A stretch of 64,000 bases of DNA, taken from assembly GCA_963845145.1 (NCBI GenBank), contig CAWJQU010000005.1, forward strand, positions 256,001-320,000, read 5' to 3'. This document shows positions 19,041 to 27,609 of this stretch, one piece after another (the first letter of the stretch is position 1; every line of letters starts with the position of its first letter). Both the position numbers and the translations under genes were made by a program. Source of the DNA: an uncultured delta proteobacterium (GTDB taxonomy: Bacteria; Desulfobacterota; Desulfobacteria; Desulfobacterales; QNYZ01). The notes beneath the pieces were generated by a model, which saw nothing but the letters and a program-made list of their open reading frames with translations, was not told where the DNA came from and ran no database searches.

Positions 19041-19041
19041 G

Positions 19042-19269
19042 ATGTCACACGATGCCACCAATGAATCGGCCTTTAAAACATGGGTCGTGGTTTGTCTGTT
19101 GGCCCTGGGAATTGTGGCCAAGGGTTTTTATGCCTTTTTCGTTATTGGGGACCAGGGACAGCCTACCTGGGACTATCGGCCCGTGGCGGACATCCCCAGC
19201 GAGTCCCCGTATGCCATCTATGAAAAGTTGCCCAACCCCCAACATGTGCGGGGGGCCAAAGGGGAATAG
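19042..19269 (+). CDS. Small membrane protein (75 aa) of unknown function
   Basis: ATG 1 nt after the previous stop, stop abuts actE; MSHDATNESAFKTWVVVCLLALGIVAKGFYAFFVIG...PTWDYRPV. Confidence 0.7.
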   Translation: MSHDATNESAFKTWVVVCLLALGIVAKGFYAFFVIGDQGQPTWDYRPVADIPSESPYAIYEKLPNPQHVRGAKGE

Positions 19270-19788
19270 ATGAAGAACCTCGTCTTATTGATCGTCATCG
19301 TCGTGGTCGTTGCTTCGGGTGCTTATGTGGGCCTGACCTACTACGACGATAATTTTAAATACGGTCGTATGTGGGAAACGCCTGCCATTCGCCCCCATGA
19401 AGAACCGTTGCCCATCATGACACCCGGCCTCGTTCCCTTCACCGGCGGCGATGCTGTTTATGCGGCTTGGCCGGAGGAAGATTTAAAATCACCCCTCAAT
19501 ATGACCGCCCTTCAAAACATTGAGCGGGGAAAAAATGCCTATGTTCTCTATTGTGCCCAATGCCATGGGAAAAAACATGACGGCAACGGGACCGTCGGAC
19601 AAAGTTTTGCGCCGTTGCCCTCGGACTTAAGGACCGCCAAGGTTCAAGCGCGATCTGAAGGGAGCCTGTTTAAGGAGATCAGTTTCGGCAAACCCGATGG
19701 CCGACAGCCGGCATTGGCCACCACCATCGATCCGAATGACCGTTGGCGAATTGTCGCCTATGTGAAATCATTGGGATCCCGTCCATAA
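19270..19788 (+). CDS. actE: ActE-like monoheme cytochrome c
   Basis: N-terminal TM helix, RMWETPAIRPHE, GKNAYVLYCAQCHG, DRWRIVAYV. Confidence 0.75.
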   Translation: MKNLVLLIVIVVVVASGAYVGLTYYDDNFKYGRMWETPAIRPHEEPLPIMTPGLVPFTGGDAVYAAWPEEDLKSPLNMTALQNIERGKNAYVLYCAQCHGKKHDGNGTVGQSFAPLPSDLRTAKVQARSEGSLFKEISFGKPDGRQPALATTIDPNDRWRIVAYVKSLGSRP

Positions 19789-19793
19789 CATCA

Positions 19794-22346
19794 GTGAAAA
19801 ATCCATCCACGGATTCCTGCGATCTATGCGGGTTGCCACTTCGTCACGGATCTTTTTCGCTAACGCTTTTCGAACGCACCTACTTTTTCTGTTGCCGAGG
19901 GTGTCAGCAGGTTTTTCGAATTCTTAGTGAAGCTTCGGATTCATCCAGCCGCCTGATTCATCCAACCGCTGATTCATCCAACAGGGCTGATTCACCCAAC
20001 CTGGCTGATTTTAAACAATCCACGTTATTTAAAAAATGTCAGGCGTTGGGAATTATTCCACGTTCGGAAAAGGACCTCCTCCCAAAAGGGGACGAACCGA
20101 TCCCATCAATCTCAAATGAGCCGGGCCAGGCTCAATCGCACTTTAAGTCCGATAGCCATTCGGCCACCGACCCCAATCGTTTACCATTGTATCTCAATAT
20201 AGCCGGCATGTGGTGCCCTGCCTGCGCCTGGGTGATTGAGGAGGCTGTTAAAAAAGAGCCGGGCGTATCGCAGGCCACCTGTTATTTTTCGACGGACAGA
20301 TTCCGCTGTGAATATGATCCGGTCCGTACCTCCCCCAAAAAGATAACCGCCGCTATTCATCAGTTGGGCTACGGGGCCGCGTCTGATTGCGACGGGGCCC
20401 AATCGTTATGGAAAAAAAAGGAGTTTCTTCGGTTCGTTGTATCCGCCTTTCTGACCATGAATATCATGATGTTGTCCTTTGCGCTCTATTCCGGTTTTTT
20501 AACCGAATTATCTCAATTTGACATTCGCATGATATCATGGCCGATCTTCGTCATGGCCGCTGTGGTCTTTTTTTATGGCGGTATCAGAATCCATCGCCGG
20601 GCGTTATCCGGATTCAGGGCAACGGCCTTTGGTATGGAAACCCTGATCAGCGTGGGATCTTCGGTGGCTTTTTTTTATAGCGCCTATAATTTCATGCGGG
20701 GCAGTATGCATGTTTACTTCGATACGGCGGCCATGTTGATTACCCTTGTTTTACTGGGAAAAACATTGGAAACCAGGGCGAAGGATGCAGTCACAAGCGA
20801 TCTGGATACCTTTTTCTCATTGCGTCCCAAGAAGGTTCGCCTCTGCGGGGATGCATACCCGCGTGGCCGCTATGTTTCGGCCGATCAGTTAGAGACTGGA
20901 GATATGTTTCTAATCGAAACCGATGAAAGTGCCGCTGCGGATGGCATCGTTGTGGAGGGAACCGGTGCCCTGGACGAATCATCCCTAACCGGTGAAGCCC
21001 GTCCCGTGGATAAACAACCCGGTGACCTGGTTCGCAGTGGATCCACCGTCATCAAGGGCAAGTTAAAGATCCGCGCCCAACAGGTTGGTGATGAATCGAT
21101 ATTAGGCCAGATGATCCGCATTATGGAAAAAACACTTGAACAACGTACGCCCTTGGAGGGCAGGACCGACCGGTTGCTGCAGTGGTTTGTGCCCGGTGTC
21201 ATCCTGGTGGCAATGGCGACCGGTCTCGGCTGGTATTTATTCGGTACAACAGCGGAAAATGCCCTGATTCGATCGGTGACGGTCCTGGTGATATCTTGCC
21301 CCTGTGCCTTGGGAATCGCCATTCCCTTGACCCGTGTGGCCGGTATTGCTGTTGCCGCCCGACATGGGATGCTGATACGGGACTTTTCCAGCTTCGAGCG
21401 GACAACCGCGATCAGCGATATCGTTTTCGATAAAACCGGTACCGTCACCCATGGACAGTGGAAATTGGTTCGAACGTTGATTCATAAGCCGTTTATAAAA
21501 AATGATGTGCTAGCCCTGGCTGCCGGCCTGGAAGCCCATTCAGACCACTACATCGCCCTGGCGATTCAACGGCATGCCCGCGCAAAAAAGATCATTCCCG
21601 CCACTTTTGACCATGCCGAAATCGCTGAAAACGGTGTGGCGGGTGATATCGGCGGAAAAAAAATCAGGATCGGCGCCTGGGCCTTTACGCACCCTGAGAA
21701 ACCCAAAAGCCATATTACCCAAGACGCAACGGATGCCGGGGAAGAAGGGTATACTTCAAGGGTCTATGTGACCATAAACGGTGACACCGCTGCAACCTTC
21801 GAATTTGGCGACAGCCTCAAAGATGGCGCCCGGGAGACGGTCGAAGCCCTGCATGACATGGGCTATGCAACCGCTCTCGTTTCCGGTGATGAAGACCGAA
21901 TCACCCAAATCATCGGCCGCGCCATCGGCATCGGCCGGTCCACCGGCGGCATGCTGCCCACGGACAAAGCCAATATCCTCCAAGAACTTAGAACCAGTGG
22001 GCGCAGCGTGGCTATGGTGGGTGATGGCATAAACGACGCGCCGGCCCTGGCCCAATCGGACCTGGCCCTGGCGGTCCACGGCAACTATTTGTTGGGGAAA
22101 GAGGCCGCCGACGTATCCCTCATGCGGGGGGATCCAAGGCAGGTCCTGGATTTTATAAAACTCGCCGGTCGAGTCAATCGCAAGATCCATCAAAACTTTT
22201 TCGGGGCATTTTTTTATAATATTATCAGTATTCCCATCGCCATTAGTGGTATGCTGACGCCGCTGGTGGCGGTTAGCGCCATGCTGTTGAGTAGCCTGAG
22301 TGTTATCGGCAACACATTGTTGTTGATAAAAACCAAGCATCTGTGA
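19794..22346 (+). CDS. ccoI: CcoI/FixI-type heavy-metal (Cu) P1B ATPase
   Basis: CDLCG...FCCRGC N-terminal domain, GMWCPAC, TGEARP, CPC, DKTGT, GDGINDAP; GTG 19794 chosen to avoid overlap with actE. Confidence 0.88.
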   Translation: MKNPSTDSCDLCGLPLRHGSFSLTLFERTYFFCCRGCQQVFRILSEASDSSSRLIHPTADSSNRADSPNLADFKQSTLFKKCQALGIIPRSEKDLLPKGDEPIPSISNEPGQAQSHFKSDSHSATDPNRLPLYLNIAGMWCPACAWVIEEAVKKEPGVSQATCYFSTDRFRCEYDPVRTSPKKITAAIHQLGYGAASDCDGAQSLWKKKEFLRFVVSAFLTMNIMMLSFALYSGFLTELSQFDIRMISWPIFVMAAVVFFYGGIRIHRRALSGFRATAFGMETLISVGSSVAFFYSAYNFMRGSMHVYFDTAAMLITLVLLGKTLETRAKDAVTSDLDTFFSLRPKKVRLCGDAYPRGRYVSADQLETGDMFLIETDESAAADGIVVEGTGALDESSLTGEARPVDKQPGDLVRSGSTVIKGKLKIRAQQVGDESILGQMIRIMEKTLEQRTPLEGRTDRLLQWFVPGVILVAMATGLGWYLFGTTAENALIRSVTVLVISCPCALGIAIPLTRVAGIAVAARHGMLIRDFSSFERTTAISDIVFDKTGTVTHGQWKLVRTLIHKPFIKNDVLALAAGLEAHSDHYIALAIQRHARAKKIIPATFDHAEIAENGVAGDIGGKKIRIGAWAFTHPEKPKSHITQDATDAGEEGYTSRVYVTINGDTAATFEFGDSLKDGARETVEALHDMGYATALVSGDEDRITQIIGRAIGIGRSTGGMLPTDKANILQELRTSGRSVAMVGDGINDAPALAQSDLALAVHGNYLLGKEAADVSLMRGDPRQVLDFIKLAGRVNRKIHQNFFGAFFYNIISIPIAISGMLTPLVAVSAMLLSSLSVIGNTLLLIKTKHL
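19938..20010 (+). repeat. Four degenerate 16-18-bp tandem repeats inside ccoI
   Basis: GATTCATCCAGCCGCCT / GATTCATCCAACCGCT / GATTCATCCAACAGGGCT / GATTCACCCAACCTGGCT. Confidence 0.75.
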
Positions 22347-22384
22347 TTTTAAGCGGTCAAACATATCGCTTTGATGGACCGAAC

Positions 22385-23110
22385 ATGACCATACCGGAAC
22401 ACCCCATTAAAAATAACTTCGATGATACCGAAGTGGCCAAATTTGTATTTCTAAAAGACCGCTGGTGGGATCCCAACGGGGATTTCCTGGCCCTCCACGA
22501 CATCAATCCGGTCCGACTCGATTATATCCATCATCGCGCCGGACTTTCTGAAAAATCGGTGCTGGACGTGGGCTGTGGCGGCGGGATTCTGGCCGAGGCC
22601 ATGGATAGAAAGGGGGGGAATGTCACCGGTATCGATTTATCCCACCCGGCTCTTTTGGCAGCCAAAGGCCATGCGGACCAATCCGGCCTTTCAATCAATT
22701 ATGCCTGTATCACCGCCGAAAACTTCGCCGCGTCGGCCCGCGGCCGGTTTGATATCGTTACCTGCATGGAGCTTATTGAGCATGTCCCCGATCCCGCGTC
22801 ATTGATACAAGCCTGCGGCCATTTAACCCGACCGGATGGCGATGTTTTTTTTGCCACCGTCAACCGGACACCTTTGGCCTATCTGTTGGTAATTCTGGCC
22901 GCCGAGCACATCTTCGGCATCATCCGTAAAGGTATGCACAGCTACAGGAAGTTTGTACGGCCCAAAGAGTTGCAACAATGGGGCGAAGCGGCCGGTCTGG
23001 TGCTCCAGGATTTATCCGGTTTGCGATACCTGCCCCTTATTCGAAAAAGTGGCTTGTGCCGGAGTGTCTCCATGAACTATATGATGCATTTTAAAAAGAT
23101 GACAAAATAA
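22385..23110 (+). CDS. ubiG: UbiG-type O-methyltransferase (2-polyprenyl-6-hydroxyphenol/3-demethylubiquinol methylase)
   Basis: EVAKF...WWDPNGDFLALHDINPVRLDYI, VLDVGCGGGILAE, CMELIEHVPDP, TVNRT, AAEH...HSYRKFVRP. Confidence 0.88.
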   Translation: MTIPEHPIKNNFDDTEVAKFVFLKDRWWDPNGDFLALHDINPVRLDYIHHRAGLSEKSVLDVGCGGGILAEAMDRKGGNVTGIDLSHPALLAAKGHADQSGLSINYACITAENFAASARGRFDIVTCMELIEHVPDPASLIQACGHLTRPDGDVFFATVNRTPLAYLLVILAAEHIFGIIRKGMHSYRKFVRPKELQQWGEAAGLVLQDLSGLRYLPLIRKSGLCRSVSMNYMMHFKKMTK

Positions 23111-23196
23111 CACCACAAAGACACCAGGGCAAAAAGAGAAAATGTTGTTTGAAGTAGAATGATATTATAATCTTTGTACCTTTGTGATTTAGTGGC
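23111..23196. repeat. Degenerate inverted repeat between ubiG and ubiE
   Basis: CACCACAAAGACACC... on the left; CTTTGTACCTTTGTGATTTAGTGG on the right. Confidence 0.45.
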
Positions 23197-23221
23197 TGAA
23201 AATAGGAATTAAGGACAATTT

Positions 23222-24037
23222 ATGGCATCCTGGAAAAAAACCGGCTGGTTTGACGCCCATAAAAGAAAAGAACAGCTTGATGAACATATAGAGCGTACCG
23301 GTGTTGCCCGTTGGGGGAATAAAAAAGTTAAAAAAGCGGATAAAGTAACCACGGTTGCCGGTCATTTTAACCGGGTCGCTCCTAAATATGATCTGATGAA
23401 CTCCATATTGAGCATGGGCCTGCAGCACCCTTGGAAACGCGCTTCGGTCCGGATGATGAATATTCGGAAAGGTTATCGGGTCATCGATGTATGCGGCGGG
23501 ACAGGAGACTTGGCTATTTTAGCTGCACGTCGAGCGGGGCCGTCGGGCCTGGTTACGATTTATGACTTCAACCGGGCCATGATGAATGCCGGGCGTCCCA
23601 AAACCGACCCAAGCGAAAAAAGGGCCCCCATCACTTTTGTTCAGGGCGATGCGGAGTGCATTGCCTTTCCGGACAACACCTTTGATGCCGCCATGGTGGG
23701 TTTCGGCATTCGCAACGTGACCCATCTCAAAAAAGGGTTCAGCGAGATGCATCGCGTCCTTCGCCCTGGTGGTAAAATCATGTGCCTCGATTTTTCGAAA
23801 CCGACCAATCCCATCTTTCGAGGACTATACGATTTTTATTCGTTTAACGTGATGCCCTTTTTAGGTGGGTTGATCGTCGGGTCGGCGCAATCTTATGCCT
23901 GCCTGTCGGAAACCATCCGCATGTTTCCCCTTCCCGATGAATTGACGGCGATACTAGAAAAAATCGGTTTTAAGAAGGTCCATTATCAACGCATGACCAA
24001 CGGCATTGCCGTGGCCCATGTGGGAACAAAGATGTAA
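23222..24037 (+). CDS. ubiE: UbiE/MenG C-methyltransferase
   Basis: VAPKYDLMNSILSMG, DVCGGTGD, GDAE, FGIRNV, YACLSETIRMFP. Confidence 0.92.
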   Translation: MASWKKTGWFDAHKRKEQLDEHIERTGVARWGNKKVKKADKVTTVAGHFNRVAPKYDLMNSILSMGLQHPWKRASVRMMNIRKGYRVIDVCGGTGDLAILAARRAGPSGLVTIYDFNRAMMNAGRPKTDPSEKRAPITFVQGDAECIAFPDNTFDAAMVGFGIRNVTHLKKGFSEMHRVLRPGGKIMCLDFSKPTNPIFRGLYDFYSFNVMPFLGGLIVGSAQSYACLSETIRMFPLPDELTAILEKIGFKKVHYQRMTNGIAVAHVGTKM

Positions 24038-24077
24038 TCTTTGGCAGGCATGGCCCTGTGCCCATGGACAATCTTAG

Positions 24078-25856
24078 TTATTGTTCTTCAAAACGCCAGA
24101 AAGGGTAATCCAGAGCATATTCCGCTACCCGTCCTGGATTGTTCTCACGGCTGGCGACAACCCACAACACACTTTTGCGATGCTGCTCGGTGACAGGTGA
24201 CAAGGGATCCCAATCCGGCATCAGAACCATGGCGTTGTCGGCACTATACTCAATTTCGCCGGATTCCTTGAATGAGCCCAAATCCGGCCTCTCCCCATAG
24301 CCGCCACCTTTACCTCGAGTCAATTCACTGACCACAAGAAAACCGGCCGATAGTTCGTCACGGATGGACTCAAATTGCCGCAACCAGGAATCAATCCCGT
24401 TACGACGTTCGGTGAGATCTTTAAACGGCAGTTTATGCAAGCTGTCAATAACGATCAGGAGTTCATCTTTGTCGGTTTCATGTTTAATGAAATCGATATG
24501 ACGCCGCATGGTGTCTGCCGTAATTTTGCGGTCCGTCACAACACGAAAGTATTTAAGCATGCGTTCGAATTCGGCCCAGACCTGTTCAAGGGTTTTGGCC
24601 TCTTCGGGATTCAAATCCCCCCTGCGGATCCTTTTCTCGGGGATACCGCTCAAACGTACCAAGGTCCTTAAATAAATTTTCTGACGGCCGTTTTCGAAAT
24701 CATAGTAAATTACCGGGATGTTGCGCCGGGCCACTTCCGTGGAAATTTGCATGAAAAAGCAGGATTTTCCAGCTTTGGGCGGACCGCCCATGATATTGAT
24801 ACCCCGCAAACCCTCCAAAGCGGTGTCTAAACGCTTAAACCCCGTTTCAATCCCCAGTAGATCCTTACCTTTCTCCTTTTCCAGAAAGTCCATGAGTCGG
24901 CGGCGTTCTTTTGCCACTGAGACAAAAGGTGAGAAAGGCCGAGAGTCTTTGATCATCATGGATACTACTTTTGCGGTGTCTACCGACTTATTGGCCGCCA
25001 GTTGGGCCAGATGATCACCCCGATCCATGTCCATGTGTGACGGCCAGGTCAGGATGCGCGCTTTAAAGCCTAGCTGAACAGCCAGGTCCCTGGCCGCCAT
25101 TCTTGCTTCGGGAACGTTGGTTACCATGAGAAAAATATGATTGATTTTGGCTAAACGTTCCGGCACGATCTCCGTTAAATCACCGGCTGTAGGTACGGCA
25201 ATGGCCGGATATCCAAGTTGTTTGAGAATGAGCAGGTTCAGTTCCCCGTTGGTAATAACGAGTGCGCCGCCTTTGCAGCGATGGATTTCTTGGGCGTTGA
25301 ATACTTTAAATTCTCCCTGGGCGAAATCTTTATTGCCATGCCAGATATGGTCATCTTCATTACCCGGAATAACGCCATGGGCGGCAAAAGCATAGCCATT
25401 ATCCTGTACATAGGGATAGAGGATATAGCGCCCATTAAAGCCAATCTTCATCTCTTTTACAATCGCCGGGGAAATACCGTACTCGGAAAAGTAATCGAAT
25501 TGATCTTGCCCAAAAAGAGGAATAAATTGCTCTATTTCAACCTGCAGGTTTGTGTTGGGGTAATCGGCATAGATTACATACTCCTCATCATCGGGATCAA
25601 AGCCAGGCACCTCGCTCGACTGAATACCCATTTGTTTCGCAAAATGGAAATGGAATCCCCCTGTCACACAACCTTTATCACACCGAAAGAAGCCTCGAAA
25701 ATAGCTCTCAGGGTTGAGATTGACGCTAAGGGTACCCTGGTCTTTCATATTTTTCTTTTCGCAAATAGGACAACGAGTAACCGGTTGATGTCCCTTCATC
25801 ACGGCGCCATGCAAATGCGCCCGATAGAAAGCCTTGATTTTTTCAAATGGAATCAT
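24078..25856 (-). CDS. Twinkle/T7 gp4-like fusion: Zn finger + degenerate Toprim + DnaB-like (SF4) helicase
   Basis: CPIC...CDKGC; ITNGELN Toprim-like strand; ETGFKRLD, GPPKAGKS Walker A, IVIDSL Walker B, FKESGEIEYSAD. Confidence 0.8.
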   Translation of the reverse strand: MIPFEKIKAFYRAHLHGAVMKGHQPVTRCPICEKKNMKDQGTLSVNLNPESYFRGFFRCDKGCVTGGFHFHFAKQMGIQSSEVPGFDPDDEEYVIYADYPNTNLQVEIEQFIPLFGQDQFDYFSEYGISPAIVKEMKIGFNGRYILYPYVQDNGYAFAAHGVIPGNEDDHIWHGNKDFAQGEFKVFNAQEIHRCKGGALVITNGELNLLILKQLGYPAIAVPTAGDLTEIVPERLAKINHIFLMVTNVPEARMAARDLAVQLGFKARILTWPSHMDMDRGDHLAQLAANKSVDTAKVVSMMIKDSRPFSPFVSVAKERRRLMDFLEKEKGKDLLGIETGFKRLDTALEGLRGINIMGGPPKAGKSCFFMQISTEVARRNIPVIYYDFENGRQKIYLRTLVRLSGIPEKRIRRGDLNPEEAKTLEQVWAEFERMLKYFRVVTDRKITADTMRRHIDFIKHETDKDELLIVIDSLHKLPFKDLTERRNGIDSWLRQFESIRDELSAGFLVVSELTRGKGGGYGERPDLGSFKESGEIEYSADNAMVLMPDWDPLSPVTEQHRKSVLWVVASRENNPGRVAEYALDYPFWRFEEQ

Positions 25857-26016
25857 GGCACCATCCCTTACACAGAGGATGATCCGTGTCAATATCCATT
25901 TATATTCGGTTTACGGTTGACAATGGTATGAATGCTTTTACCTTTAGATTGTTAGCATCCTTACGATGCTTGAGCAAAAATCATTTGAAAGAACCTAAAA
26001 AATATAAGGTGAAATC

Positions 26017-26160
26017 ATGACTTTTTCAGATAAAGAACACTCATATATAGAATCCGATGAAGAAAGAGAAGAGGGCCATACCGATACCCGGCATCACAAT
26101 CTTGAATGTGAGTCGAAATCATCCCTTGGCTGCGATCCGAAAGTAGACGTGGCCGGTTAG
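26017..26160 (+). CDS. Small acidic His/Cys-containing protein (47 aa), absent from the ORF track
   Basis: AAGGTG RBS; MTFSDKEHSYIESDEEREEGHTDTRHHNLECESKSSLGCDPKVDVAG; followed by its own terminator. Confidence 0.55.
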   Translation: MTFSDKEHSYIESDEEREEGHTDTRHHNLECESKSSLGCDPKVDVAG

Positions 26161-26184
26161 GGATTTTTCCAATATCAATCAATC

Positions 26185-26218
26185 AAAGGCAGGGCTAAAA
26201 ATGGTCCTGCCTTTTTTT
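26185..26218 (+). terminator. Rho-independent terminator
   Basis: AAAGGCAGG...CCTGCCTTT stem followed by a T run. Confidence 0.8.
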
Positions 26219-26442
26219 ATTGCACAACCGGACAAGTGGTCAAATTACGATACCCCTCCATCTTTGAATCATTCGGGCAGACTCGCTGCGCACTACAAGG
26301 TAAAACCCTCATCTCTTTTTCCATTACCACATAGACGCCTCATTTGACCCTTTTCGCCAAATCTGGCAACATGCCTATTGTTAACAAATTGGTTGAAACG
26401 CCTGTTTTAAATTTATCCATATCAGTGAGGGCGGGAACACTC

Positions 26443-26907
26443 ATGGTCGTCGTTAATCGAATCAGCCGTTTCAAGCGTCCGGCTCTTTTATTCCTCGTTT
26501 TTACCTCTTTAAGTTTGTTTTTATTTCCCATGGTGGTTCACGCAGACAAAGGCCACCGCAAACAAGTCAACTGCAACCTGCACCACGGGGCCTGCACGCA
26601 GCGTATCGAAGATACGGATGTTACGCTTGAGGTGACACCGCGTCCGGTGGAAGCCATGAAAAACCTCATTTTTAAGGTAACCCTATTCGGCATGGGTGGC
26701 ACACCGTCGAAGCCACCGACCATTGACCTGAACATGCCGAAAATGAAGATGGGAAAAAACCGGGTGAAGATGGAAGCCGTTGCACCCAATGTGTATGAGG
26801 GCAAAGGCGTCATTGTTAAATGTGCCAGCGGTCATCGGGTCTGGCAGGCCACGGTGATGGTGCCGGATCTGGGCCAAGCAGATTTTATTTTCGATGTTAT
26901 TTACTGA
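26443..26907 (+). CDS. FixH/YtkA-like exported protein, possibly Cu-binding
   Basis: Signal/TM segment, CNLHHGAC, LNMPKMKMG, YEGKG, CASG...WQATV; overlaps the DsbD_2 gene. Confidence 0.6.
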   Translation: MVVVNRISRFKRPALLFLVFTSLSLFLFPMVVHADKGHRKQVNCNLHHGACTQRIEDTDVTLEVTPRPVEAMKNLIFKVTLFGMGGTPSKPPTIDLNMPKMKMGKNRVKMEAVAPNVYEGKGVIVKCASGHRVWQATVMVPDLGQADFIFDVIY

Positions 26908-27586
26908 TACACTGATCCCGATCTATCTGGTTACCGGATTTACGGTTGGTTTTGGGCATTGCATCGGCATGTGCGGGCCAATTGTGGTCTCTTTTTCTTT
27001 GAACCTGGGAAAGGGAAACATCTACCTGCCCCACGGCCTGTATCATTTCGGCCGCATTCTTACCTATACGATACTGGGTGGGATCATGGGCGTCACCGGA
27101 TCTTTTACCGCCGTCACCGCCCACATGGCCGGCATTCAAAAGGGCGTGTTTATTTTTACCGGCCTGATGATTGTGGTCATGGGGTTTGTCATGACCGGCT
27201 GGCTACCCGCAATGAAGTTATTTGGCGATTACGCCAATCCGGCCGGTTTTATTTCTACAGGGTTTCGAAACCTCTTAAAAAAAGCCTCCGCGGTAACGTT
27301 TTTACCGTTGGGATTGCTATTGGGACTTTTGCCTTGCGGACCCGTATACACAGCTTTGATCGGTACGGCCAGAGTCGGTATGGAGGCTGCAACACCTGCT
27401 GAGGGTATCCTTTCCGGCATGGGCCTGATGGCGGCTTTCGGTATCGGTACCGTTCCGGCCCTGATCCTGGTGGGGCGATTGGCAAATATGACCTGGCTGA
27501 AAAAGCGCAAAATCATTTACCAGATCGGGGCCATCCTGATGATATTGGTGGGGATCGGTTTTGTTTTCAAGGCCATCCGATTCTAA
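26894..27586 (+). CDS. DsbD_2/TauE-like membrane protein (cbb3-associated type)
   Basis: HCIGMCGP, YHFGRILTY, GLLPCGPVY, MAAFGIGTVP. Confidence 0.85.
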   Translation: MLFTDTLIPIYLVTGFTVGFGHCIGMCGPIVVSFSLNLGKGNIYLPHGLYHFGRILTYTILGGIMGVTGSFTAVTAHMAGIQKGVFIFTGLMIVVMGFVMTGWLPAMKLFGDYANPAGFISTGFRNLLKKASAVTFLPLGLLLGLLPCGPVYTALIGTARVGMEAATPAEGILSGMGLMAAFGIGTVPALILVGRLANMTWLKKRKIIYQIGAILMILVGIGFVFKAIRF

Positions 27587-27609
27587 TTCCGTTAAAAAAA
27601 GGAATTCAG

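Noticed and set aside
24078..25856. Prophage or integrative element around the primase-helicase
   Set aside because: No integrase, structural genes or att-like repeats were seen nearby
25218..25931. 237-aa plus-strand ORF and other long antisense ORFs (e.g. 17445-18035, 21756-22364, 29819-30424)
   Set aside because: They shadow well-supported genes on the opposite strand and carry no motifs
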